NCBI GenBank assembly: GCA_945952225.1
Contig: CAMFHP010000026.1
Coordinates: 13,968 to 77,967, forward strand
Source of the DNA: an uncultured Myxococcaceae bacterium
GTDB lineage: Bacteria; Myxococcota_A; Polyangia; Polyangiales; Ga0077539
DNA length: 64,000 bases
Direction of reading: 5' to 3'
A model generated the notes under the pieces. That model did no database searches. It was not told the DNA's origin and saw nothing but the letters and a program-made list of their open reading frames with translations. A program made the translations under genes and the position numbers. Shown here piece after piece: positions 36,569 through 46,928 of this stretch; position 1 is the first letter of the stretch; each line of letters opens with the position of its first letter.

Positions 36569-36828
36569 AAATCTCCGTGGTGCGCTCGCCGCGCGGCGGG
36601 TGGGGTGATGCCCTGCCGTGTTCGCGGTGCGCTGGAAGTCCACCACGGGCGGGTGTCTGCGCACGCCTTGGGTCTCTGACCGGCGCGTCCACGGCCTCTC
36701 ACGTCTTCATGGCGTGCGGATGTGTGTGGGTCGCGCTGAGGACCAGGAGCGCGAGGTCCGCAGCGATCGTTTCAACCACCGGCGGCAGCCCACAACACGC
36801 GCCGCCCCCCAACGGAGTGAAGAGCACC

Positions 36829-37119
36829 ATGAAGATTCGTCCCCTGCACGACCGCATTCTCATCCGTCGCCTCGAGGCCGAGCAGCGCACCAAGGGCGGG
36901 ATCTACATCCCCGAGAGCGCCAAGGAGAAGCCGATCGAGGGTGAGGTCGTGGCCGTCGGCGCTGGCAAGCACGACAAGGACGGCAAGCTCATCGCGCTCG
37001 AGGTGAAGGCCGGCGACAAGATCCTCTTCGGCAAGTACTCGGGGACCGAGGTGAAGATCGACGACGTCGAGCACCTCATCATCCGCGAGGAAGACATCCT
37101 CGGCATCATCGAGCGCTGA
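36829..37119 (+). CDS. groES: Co-chaperonin GroES
   Basis: [44 protein letters not shown], 96 aa. Confidence 0.97.
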   Translation: MKIRPLHDRILIRRLEAEQRTKGGIYIPESAKEKPIEGEVVAVGAGKHDKDGKLIALEVKAGDKILFGKYSGTEVKIDDVEHLIIREEDILGIIER

Positions 37120-37145
37120 TCAACGCTCCCTCACGAAACCTCTAG

Positions 37146-38810
<1,665 letters not shown>

Positions 38811-38856
38811 GATGACCGCTTCGGGGTTCTGATCGAGAGCCCCGATCGATCGCGCG

Positions 38857-38929
38857 TCGCCCCGCGCCGAACGCGCCGCCCTGCCCCTCGCAGACGCGGC
38901 GCCGGAGGTCGCGGGGCGATGTGCTTTTT
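38857..38929 (+). terminator. Structured terminator after groEL
   Basis: The outer stem pairs TCGCCCCGCG with CGCGGGGCGA, and an inner stem pairs GCGCCGC with GCGGCGC. TGTGCTTTTTC follows, with the T-run at 38925-38929. Confidence 0.6.
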
Positions 38930-38964
38930 CGCGCGTCGGTTGTGATACGGTCCGCGGCCGTTCG

Positions 38965-40731
38965 ATGCGTACGCCCGCCCTGCTCGCGCTCCTCGCCGCC
39001 CTTGTCGCGTGCGAAGGAACCGCGCCTCCACCGCGCCGCGAGCGCACCGTCGCCAACGCCCGTCGCGCCGCCGCGAGCGCCCGCGCCTCACGGCTCGGCG
39101 GCAATCCTCCCGCCGTCGATTCGGTGCGCCAGTGTCCGCGCGAGACCGCGCGTGCGCTCGCGCGCTTTCGTCAGGGTCGCACGCTGCACTTCGGCCCGCT
39201 CTGCACCGACGTCTACAACGGCCGCTTCTCCGCCGTGATGGCCACGGGCACCGAGGGTGAGGCCAGCGATGTGTGGGTGCTGTTCCACGATCCGCGCGGT
39301 GATGAGGTCCATCGCGTGCAGCGCTTTCCCGTCGGGGCGCGGGTGAGCTTCGGGCGCATCTCGCAGGGCTGGGTTTACCTCCTCGGGCGCAGCAACGCGC
39401 TCGACGACATGCCCGCCGATGCGCAACTGCTCGCGATCTTTCCCCTGCCCCGTCCCGGCGATGCGCGGGCCCCCGAGGTGGGGCTCCTCTCTCCGCTCGA
39501 AGCGCCGCTGCTCCGCGCCACCGACGTCGAAGACCTCGACCGCCGCCTCGCGTTTCCCGTGCCCCCGCGTGATCCCAGCGCGCGCGACGCGACGCGTGTC
39601 GTCACCGACATCGCCACGAACGGTCCCAACCGACTGCTCGATCACCTCAGCCCCGAGGGCGCGCCCACGCTCCGCGCGTGGCAGGTCGGACTGTTTCAGG
39701 AGCTCAACTACGTCTCGCCGCAGGGCGATCCCACGAGTCCTCACCTCGCGCGCGCCATGGAGCTCCTTCGCGGTGTCGCGCGCTCGATGGACTGCACCGC
39801 GGGCGACCGATGTGTGGCCCGCGATGTGTCTCGTGGCGACGCGCAGGTGTTCCTTCGCAACGAGGGCCAGCGCATCGTCGTCGCCGCGTTGATGGAGGGG
39901 GCCGACGGAGGTCGCGAGCTCACGTCGGAGGGCGCGCCCACGCCGTGGGGTGCGGAGGTTCAGGGTGGTCCCGACGAGCAGGGCCTCGCCGAATCGCTCA
40001 CGCTCGACGGCACCGTGCAGGGCCCGGTGATGACCATGACCCGCGGGTCGTCGCGCGCCCTCGCGTTTCAGGTCGCACGCGCTGCGGGCGGTGCCGAGAC
40101 GCGCGTCTATGTGATCGATGGCGAGCACGCGCCGCGGCCCTACGTCGACCGCTCGATCGGCACCGTGACGCTCGGCAGCCTGGAGCTTCACCTTCGCGAC
40201 TACGAGCGCGACGGCGGGCTCGAGCTCGTAACCTTCGCGCGCGGCCGTGACAACAGCCCGGTGTTCTCCGTCGCGAGCGTGCGCTCGCCGTCGACGGTCA
40301 CGCAGCATGACCTCGTGCACCGACTCGACATGCAGCGTGCGACCTTCAACGACAGCGATCTCCGCGCCGTCGATGCGCACCTGCGAGGGTTCCGCGCGTA
40401 CCCGAGCGACCGCGACGTGGCGTGCCCGCTCCTCGATCGTGTGGCCGGCGGCGATGCGCGCGAGCTGCTCAACGCGGTGGGCCCGTCGCTCGCCACCATC
40501 ACGTACCAGGAGGCCTGGCAGCCCCTTCGCGGCGCTCCGCAGCGGATCGCGCGGCGAGACCTGCAACACCTCGGCACGACGGCGCTCGGGCCCTTCGCGG
40601 GCCTCCGTTGCGCGGACCTCGTGTGCGACTGGACGCAGTCGGTCTGCCGCATTCCCGGTGACGAAGACCGCGGCGTGCTGTGGTTCACCGAGGGCGGACG
40701 AAAGATCGCGGCGGTCTCGCTCCGTCAGTGA
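38965..40731 (+). CDS. Hypothetical lipoprotein
   Basis: MRTPALLALLAALVACEG is a signal peptide with a lipobox. 588 aa, coding-like composition, no recognised family. Confidence 0.6.
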   Translation: MRTPALLALLAALVACEGTAPPPRRERTVANARRAAASARASRLGGNPPAVDSVRQCPRETARALARFRQGRTLHFGPLCTDVYNGRFSAVMATGTEGEASDVWVLFHDPRGDEVHRVQRFPVGARVSFGRISQGWVYLLGRSNALDDMPADAQLLAIFPLPRPGDARAPEVGLLSPLEAPLLRATDVEDLDRRLAFPVPPRDPSARDATRVVTDIATNGPNRLLDHLSPEGAPTLRAWQVGLFQELNYVSPQGDPTSPHLARAMELLRGVARSMDCTAGDRCVARDVSRGDAQVFLRNEGQRIVVAALMEGADGGRELTSEGAPTPWGAEVQGGPDEQGLAESLTLDGTVQGPVMTMTRGSSRALAFQVARAAGGAETRVYVIDGEHAPRPYVDRSIGTVTLGSLELHLRDYERDGGLELVTFARGRDNSPVFSVASVRSPSTVTQHDLVHRLDMQRATFNDSDLRAVDAHLRGFRAYPSDRDVACPLLDRVAGGDARELLNAVGPSLATITYQEAWQPLRGAPQRIARRDLQHLGTTALGPFAGLRCADLVCDWTQSVCRIPGDEDRGVLWFTEGGRKIAAVSLRQ

Positions 40732-40738
40732 GCGCCCA

Positions 40739-43501
40739 TCACATCGGCGGACGCCACCGCGGCTGAGGCACCGGGAAGCGGAACTCGGTCTCCCAGAAGG
40801 GCGCTTCGAAGGGCGCCGACTGCGCGCGACGCACGGCCTCCTCGATGCACGGCCCGAGCGGCGGCTCTGCGAACACGCCGTGCAGACGCACGCGCTCCAC
40901 ACCGCCCGTGATGCCGTTGAAGCGCACGTTCACCACCACCATGCGCGCGCTCTCGACGCCCTCGATGCAGTCGTTCACGCCCGCGCGCACGTGCCCTTGA
41001 AGGCGCACACGCTCGGACTCGGGAGGCACGCCTTCCTGCGAGACCGACGGCCGCGGCGCGCTCGTCGTCGATGTGCTTCGCGCAGCGTCGGCGCGCGGCG
41101 TGGCGTCGGGCGGAGGCGTCACGTCGACGGCGGAGCGATCCTGCGGCGCATCGAGTGAGGCATCGGGCTGCGAAGCGACGACCTGCGCATCGGCCTCTGT
41201 CGTGGTCGCATCGGGGAGCGTCGCGGTCACGTCGGGGAGCTCGTCGGGCGTCGTCGACGGCTGCGCGGCGTTCTCGGCACGGTACTGCGCGAGGTCGGCG
41301 CGGAGACCGTCGAGCGAGGAGCGCATGTAGACCATCCCGCCCGTCACGAGCAGCGCCGCGACGACCGTCGACATGCCGAGGTAGCGCGAGGCCGCGGCCC
41401 ACGAGTTGTCGGCGGGAGGCGTCGGCGCGGGCGGAGGCGTCGTCGGCGACGGGTCGGGACGCACGGGCGGCGCCGAGCGCGCGGCCTGGAGCTCCGAGGG
41501 CTTCGAAGGGCGCGTCGAGGGCAGTCGCGTGGTCGGCGGGTCGTCGGCCACAGGCGGCGGCGGGGTCTCGAGGCGCGGCGGGCGCGACGAGGGGAGCGCC
41601 GGAGGCCTGGAGACAGGCTCCACCGCGTGCGGGCGCGACGAGAGCGGCGAGCCCTGCGGGGCCGTGTGCTCCGCGGCGGGCCGGGCGAGCTCGTCGTGTT
41701 GCACGGCCACGGCAGCGGCGGGCACCGCGGGCGGGCGCGACGAGGGCTTCGGCGGCGGAGGCGGCGCATCGAGGATCTCGCTGAGCGTGATCTCGGTGGT
41801 CGAGTCTTCGGGCACCACCTCGAAGATCGACACCTCGGGCGACGAGGGCGCGCGTAGTGCCGAAGGCGATGGAGGAGCAGGTGACGGTTCGGCCTCGCCC
41901 ACCATCGCGTCGAGGGGCACGCGAGGCGGCGGAGGAATGTCTCCGCGCGGCGTGCTCGACGAGGTCGCACGCGGCACGACGGGCACGCGCGCGCCGACGG
42001 TCGGTCGCGTGGTGTGCGACGGCGGCGGGGGCATCTCGTCTTTGCGCGGCGACGCCTCGTGCGCGGGCGTCTTGATCGCACCCGTGCGACGGAGCACGTC
42101 GAGGAGTTCCTGTTCGATCTGCGATGTCGTGTCGGGCGACGGGCGAACGACATCGGGTTCGAGCTCGATGCCCGCGGCCTCGACGGCGTCGCGCCGTTGC
42201 GCCACCACCTCGGCGTCGGCCCCGAGCAGCTTGATGCGCTCGTAGCCCACCGAGGGCGTCGGGCGATCGTCGAGCGGCGGACGTTCGTCGTGCGAGGGAT
42301 GCTCGTCGCGAAGGCGCGCAGGCGGACGACTGCGCGTGATGCGCGGAAGCGGACCGCGCGCGCGGAGGTCGTGCGGCGGCGGAGGCTGCGTCGAGAGGCG
42401 AACCCCCGTGGCGCCGACGAGCGTGGGCTTCACCGAGGTCACGTCGACGGGCGAGGAAGGCGAGGGCGTTTCGGGCAGCGGCGCGAACTCGATCACCTGT
42501 GGACCGTGGACGTTGCTCACCTCGTGGACGTCGAGCGCGTCGTCGACGGGGGCCACGATCTGCGCGCCGAGACGCGCGCGTCCGCGGGCGCCACCGATGG
42601 AAGCACCGGGGAACGTGGGGCGCAGGCTGCGGTCTTCGCCGAGCACGCGCGCGAGGTCGCGGGCGAAGGCGAGCGGCGTGGCCTCGGTGCGGTTCAGCGT
42701 CGCGCGCCACACGCCGTCGAACACCTCGTCGATCTCGGGAGAGATTCCAGGCCGAAGCGCCGACGCCGAAGGGAGAGGACCGCGGAGCGCCGCCGACACA
42801 TCGGCCGACGTGAGCGCCGCGAAGGGGAGCTGCCCGGTGAGCGCCTCGAAGGCGAGCACCGAGAGCTGGAACACGTCCGCGATGGGATCCTCGCGGCCCA
42901 GGAGCTCCTGCGGCACGTGGTAGCCCGGCGGCGCGTGCGTCGCGACGTGGGCCGCCGTCGTCATGCCCGCGGCGATGAGCGCGTGGAGGTACCCCGCGCC
43001 TTCGAGCCACACGCCGCCCTCGTCACCGCAGACCACGTTCTCGGGGCACACCGCGTGGTGCATCACCGTGGGCTTCGCCTGGTGCATCACCGTGAGCGCC
43101 TCGGCGACGGCCACCACGGCGCGCGCCACCTCTTCGACGCCCAGAAAGGGCTCGCTCGCGATCACGTCACGCAGCGATCGCCCGACGTGAAGGGTCGAGA
43201 GCACCGCCGGAATCTGCTGCTCCAGGTGCCACTGCGCGACCGCTGCGATCGACGGGTGCTGAAGCGCACGCACGCGCTCCATCGCGAGCCCGAAGCGCCG
43301 CGCGTGCTCGGGGGAACGCTCGATCTGATCGGCGCGCACCGTCCACACGTTGCGCCACGTGGTCGGCTGCTCGCGGTCGTGCGCCGCATACACCGACGCG
43401 ATGCGATCGCGACGCACGCAGCGGTCGATCACGTACCGCCCGAACACCGTCGCGCCGCGCGCGAACTCTCCGGGCTGGTTGGGGCTTGCAGGCGACGTCA
43501 T
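40739..43501 (-). CDS. Ser/Thr-kinase-like (apparently catalytically degenerate) protein with a Pro-rich linker, TM helix and C-terminal AgmX/PglI-like domain
   Basis: It has a kinase-fold N-terminus (FGRYVIDRCVRRD...ALTVMHQAKPTVMHHAVCPENVV...WLEGAGYL...DVFQLSVLAFEALTGQLPF), a long Pro-rich region, the TM segment STVVAALLVTGGMVY, and a C-terminal domain (VNDCIEG...VVVNVRFNGITGGVERVRLHG...GPCIEEAVRRA). Confidence 0.75.
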   Translation of the reverse strand: MTSPASPNQPGEFARGATVFGRYVIDRCVRRDRIASVYAAHDREQPTTWRNVWTVRADQIERSPEHARRFGLAMERVRALQHPSIAAVAQWHLEQQIPAVLSTLHVGRSLRDVIASEPFLGVEEVARAVVAVAEALTVMHQAKPTVMHHAVCPENVVCGDEGGVWLEGAGYLHALIAAGMTTAAHVATHAPPGYHVPQELLGREDPIADVFQLSVLAFEALTGQLPFAALTSADVSAALRGPLPSASALRPGISPEIDEVFDGVWRATLNRTEATPLAFARDLARVLGEDRSLRPTFPGASIGGARGRARLGAQIVAPVDDALDVHEVSNVHGPQVIEFAPLPETPSPSSPVDVTSVKPTLVGATGVRLSTQPPPPHDLRARGPLPRITRSRPPARLRDEHPSHDERPPLDDRPTPSVGYERIKLLGADAEVVAQRRDAVEAAGIELEPDVVRPSPDTTSQIEQELLDVLRRTGAIKTPAHEASPRKDEMPPPPSHTTRPTVGARVPVVPRATSSSTPRGDIPPPPRVPLDAMVGEAEPSPAPPSPSALRAPSSPEVSIFEVVPEDSTTEITLSEILDAPPPPPKPSSRPPAVPAAAVAVQHDELARPAAEHTAPQGSPLSSRPHAVEPVSRPPALPSSRPPRLETPPPPVADDPPTTRLPSTRPSKPSELQAARSAPPVRPDPSPTTPPPAPTPPADNSWAAASRYLGMSTVVAALLVTGGMVYMRSSLDGLRADLAQYRAENAAQPSTTPDELPDVTATLPDATTTEADAQVVASQPDASLDAPQDRSAVDVTPPPDATPRADAARSTSTTSAPRPSVSQEGVPPESERVRLQGHVRAGVNDCIEGVESARMVVVNVRFNGITGGVERVRLHGVFAEPPLGPCIEEAVRRAQSAPFEAPFWETEFRFPVPQPRWRPPM

Positions 43502-43589
43502 GGCGGTTCTGTGCTGATTGGATACCAGACCGCTCGCCCTTACCGCATTTCATGCGAGCGCCGCGGCGTATCGGCCGCGCGTTGGCCGT

Positions 43590-46500
43590 TCAGCGCGCTT
43601 CGTACGCGGGCACGGAGCTCCCGACGACTGACGCAGCGACGACGCTCACGCGCCCCGCGCCGCCGCGGCCTGCGGGGGCTGCGCGCGCCACGTCAAGGGT
43701 GCGACACGAGCACTGTCCGCCGGCGCCACCGGTGGCTGTCACCGCGCCTGCGCCGAGCGTCGCGCGCGATGCAATCACACGCACTGCGCCGCCGGCACCG
43801 CCACCGCCGCCGCCCATGCCGCAGCCGCTTCCGCCGCACGAGAACTGGTCGCCGTTGAACCCATCGGCTCCGTTGGCCGAGACCGTTCCCGTGACGGAGA
43901 GCGCGCCGCCGATGCGCAACCACACGATGCCTCCGCCGTTGCCACCGCCGCCCGGGAGGCTGCCGTCTTCGTCGGCGCCACCCTCCCCGCCTGCGCTTCC
44001 GAGGTGGAGCACATCGCCCGGTGCGCCGACTGCGTAGGCCGTGCCCGCGGCGCCTCCCTCGTTGGGGCATTGCATCGCGCAGAGGCCCTCGACGTCGCCG
44101 TTGCAATCGCCCGCCGAGCCGCGGCCCGCGCCGGGACCGTACGCGCCGCCGCCGCCTGCGCCGCAATCCTGTCCGCGTCCGCCGCCGCCGCCGCCGCCCG
44201 CGTTCGCCGCGATGGACGCGCCGCCGCGGCCCGCCCACGACTCCCCCTGCACGCCGTACTGACAGCGGTTCGCCCCTGCACCACACGTGCGACGGTTTCC
44301 ACGGAAACCACGTGCCGCCATGGTGATCGTGCCGCGCACCACGAGGTCGCCGCGGGTCTCGACCGCGAGCACGCCGCCGGTGCTCCCGTTCCACTCGGGC
44401 GCGGTGAGCTCGCCGCCCGGCGCCACGAGGAGGTCGTCGTACTGCGCGATCGCCACGATCTGCGCGCGCGCCGTGGCCCCGGCCGTGGTGTAGCTCCCGC
44501 GCAGCGCGCTCTCGAACTGGATCGACGGCCCCGACGCGGCCACCACGCGGTTCACCTCCCAGACTCCGACCGCGTCGGCCGCGCCCTGCGTCTGGTGAAG
44601 CAACACCGCGGTGCCGGGCGCAAAGGTCGGCGTCGTCGTGCCCACTATCATCGCCGCGCGCGTTCCTGCGAGGGCCGTCACCGGCGCCGCGAGGGTGTTC
44701 ACCACGGTGGGTCCGTCGATCACCGTCACGGGCGCGCACACGCCCGCCGCGCACGACGTCGCGCAGACCGTTCCGCATCGGCCGCAGTTCCGCGGATCGC
44801 TCGCGAGCGCGGCCTCACATCCGTTCGCCGGGCTCCCGTCGCAATCGGCGAAGCCCGTCGCGCACGCGCCCATCGCGCAGCGTCCGCCCGCACAGGTGGC
44901 CGCCGCGTTCGTGAAGGCGCAGCGCGCGCCGCACGCACCGCAGTTCGTCGCGCTCGTGGCCGTCGCGGTCTCGCACCCGTTCGCCGCCGCGCCGTCGCAA
45001 TCGCTGAATCCCGCCGTGCATGCGAACCCGCACACGCCGCCCGTGCAGGTCGCCGTCGCGTTCGGCGCGGTGGCGCAGACGTTCCCGCACGCGCCGCAGT
45101 TCGCGCGGTCTGTTCCGGGGGTCACGCAGCGCCCCGCGCAGGCCGTCGTGGGGCTCGCGCACACGAGCGTGCACACGCCCGCCATGCACGACTCGCCGAC
45201 GCCGCAGGCGCGTCCGCACGCGCCGCAGTTGAGCGAGTCGATGCGGAGGTCTGCGCACGAGACGCCGCAGCGCGTGAGCCCGCCGCAGTCGATCACGCAC
45301 GCCCCTGCGACGCAGACCTGGCCCGCCGCGCACGCGCGACCGCACGCGCCGCAGTGACGCAGCGAGGTGGCCGTGTCGACCTCGCACCCGTCGCCCGCGA
45401 GCGCGTTGCAGTCCGCCGTCGTGCCCGCGCATCGGGTGACGGAGCACACGCCGCCCGCGCAGCTCGTCGTCGCGCCCGCCGCCGCGCACACGCGACCGCA
45501 CGCGCCGCAATGAAGCGCGCTCGTGCGCGTGTCGACCTCACAGCCGTTCGCCGCGCTCCCATCACAATCGGCGAAGCCCGCGTTGCATGTAACGGCGCAC
45601 ACGCCGAGGTCGCAACGCGCCGTCGCGTTGGGCCCCGCGGTGCACACGCGACCGCACGCGCCGCAGCTCGCCGTCGACGTGCGGAGGTCGGCCTCGCAGC
45701 CGTTGCGCGCATCGCCGTCGCAGTCACCGCGCCCCTCGATGCAGCCCGCGAGCATGCAGCGCCCCGCGGCACACACCGCGCGCCCCGACGCGAACGCACA
45801 CGCGTTGCCGCACGCGCCGCAGTTCGCGAGGTCGTCGGCCGACGACACCTCGCAGCCGTTGAGCGCATCGCCGTCGCAGTCGAAGAAGCCTGCGCGGCAC
45901 ACCGAACCGCACGCGCCGCGCGCGTCGCAGGTCGGGGTCGCGTTGGGACGCACCGGACACACCCGATCGCACGCGCCGCAGTGGAGCGTCGACCGGAGCT
46001 CCGTCTCGCATCCGTTGCGCGCGTCGCCGTCGCAGTCGCCGGCTCCGTCGACGCAGCTCCCGACCGCGCACGCGCCCGCGGCGCACACCGCGACCGCCGA
46101 CGGGACGGCACACGCGCGGCCGCACGCGCCGCAGTTCATCGCGTCGCGCGCCACGTCGATGCACACGCCCGCACAACACGTCTGACCGGCGCTGCAGGGC
46201 ACGGTCTCGGAGCACGTGGTGGTGCACTGTCCGCCCACGCAGAACGCGCCCGCGCCGCACTCGGCATCGCGACGACACGCGACGCACACGTGCCGCCCCA
46301 CGTCGCAGAGCCGGTTGCTCCCGCCGCAGTCGTCGTCGATGCGGCAGCCGTCGACGCACGCGCGCGTCGAGGGGCTGCAGTAGCGTCCGCGCGGGCATCG
46401 GTCGTCGCCGGGATCACATCCCACACACCGCCCCGTCGCGCGGTCACACACGGGGTGTTCGGGGTCGCTGCACGCGCGATCGTCGGCGCACCCGGCCTCG

Positions 46501-46736
46501 ACGACGTCCTCGACCTCGGAGGCGTCGTCGGCGTCGCTGCGCACGTCGTCGTCGGGCGCATCGAGCGCATCGAGCGCATCGACGACCTCTGGCGTGTCGT
46601 CGATCACGGGCACGTCGAGGGGTGCGCGCGCGTCGCCGCCGAGCACCGAGCCCCCGAAGCGCACGTCGGTGCACGCAGGCGCCGCCGCGAACGCCAGCGC
46701 GAGGGACAACAGACGCGATCGGAGGGAGCGCTTCAT
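43590..46736 (-). CDS. Large secreted Cys-rich repeat protein (10 CGACG modules) with a glycine-rich C-terminal domain
   Basis: It starts MKRSLRSRLLSLALAFAAAPAC. An acidic region follows, then repeated modules of the form NCGACGxxC...C..G.C....C..GF.DCDG...NGCE. The C-terminal ~380 aa contains GGGGGGG and GGxGG runs. The track ORF extends further upstream (to 48410), but that extension is antisense to the OmpA gene. Confidence 0.75.
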   Translation of the reverse strand: MKRSLRSRLLSLALAFAAAPACTDVRFGGSVLGGDARAPLDVPVIDDTPEVVDALDALDAPDDDVRSDADDASEVEDVVEAGCADDRACSDPEHPVCDRATGRCVGCDPGDDRCPRGRYCSPSTRACVDGCRIDDDCGGSNRLCDVGRHVCVACRRDAECGAGAFCVGGQCTTTCSETVPCSAGQTCCAGVCIDVARDAMNCGACGRACAVPSAVAVCAAGACAVGSCVDGAGDCDGDARNGCETELRSTLHCGACDRVCPVRPNATPTCDARGACGSVCRAGFFDCDGDALNGCEVSSADDLANCGACGNACAFASGRAVCAAGRCMLAGCIEGRGDCDGDARNGCEADLRTSTASCGACGRVCTAGPNATARCDLGVCAVTCNAGFADCDGSAANGCEVDTRTSALHCGACGRVCAAAGATTSCAGGVCSVTRCAGTTADCNALAGDGCEVDTATSLRHCGACGRACAAGQVCVAGACVIDCGGLTRCGVSCADLRIDSLNCGACGRACGVGESCMAGVCTLVCASPTTACAGRCVTPGTDRANCGACGNVCATAPNATATCTGGVCGFACTAGFSDCDGAAANGCETATATSATNCGACGARCAFTNAAATCAGGRCAMGACATGFADCDGSPANGCEAALASDPRNCGRCGTVCATSCAAGVCAPVTVIDGPTVVNTLAAPVTALAGTRAAMIVGTTTPTFAPGTAVLLHQTQGAADAVGVWEVNRVVAASGPSIQFESALRGSYTTAGATARAQIVAIAQYDDLLVAPGGELTAPEWNGSTGGVLAVETRGDLVVRGTITMAARGFRGNRRTCGAGANRCQYGVQGESWAGRGGASIAANAGGGGGGGRGQDCGAGGGGAYGPGAGRGSAGDCNGDVEGLCAMQCPNEGGAAGTAYAVGAPGDVLHLGSAGGEGGADEDGSLPGGGGNGGGIVWLRIGGALSVTGTVSANGADGFNGDQFSCGGSGCGMGGGGGGAGGAVRVIASRATLGAGAVTATGGAGGQCSCRTLDVARAAPAGRGGAGRVSVVAASVVGSSVPAYEAR

Positions 46737-46928
46737 CGGGTGGGGCCCACGCGCGCAAGACCGCTCCACCGCGGGCGGTCTGCATCGCGCACGTCGACGA
46801 TGCACGCCGCAGTTCTTCGCATTCCGCAAGGGCTTTCGCTGTGCCTGTGATCGTGCACACCGCGGGCGCAGGGTCATCGACGTCCCCTTGCGCCGACGCG
46901 CGCTCGCACGCGACAACCCTCGCTCGCC

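Noticed and set aside
36569-36828. Small ORFs in the groES leader (for example [23 protein letters not shown]) and the track ORFs at 36191-36702
   Set aside because: They have no SD sequence, poor coding composition, and overlap regulatory elements. I treat the region as a non-coding leader.
44004-46850. 948-aa plus-strand ORF, plus several other ORFs overlapping 44-46.5 kb
   Set aside because: It is antisense to or out of frame with the Cys-rich repeat gene. The repeat structure with conserved Cys spacing is coherent only in the minus-strand frame chosen.
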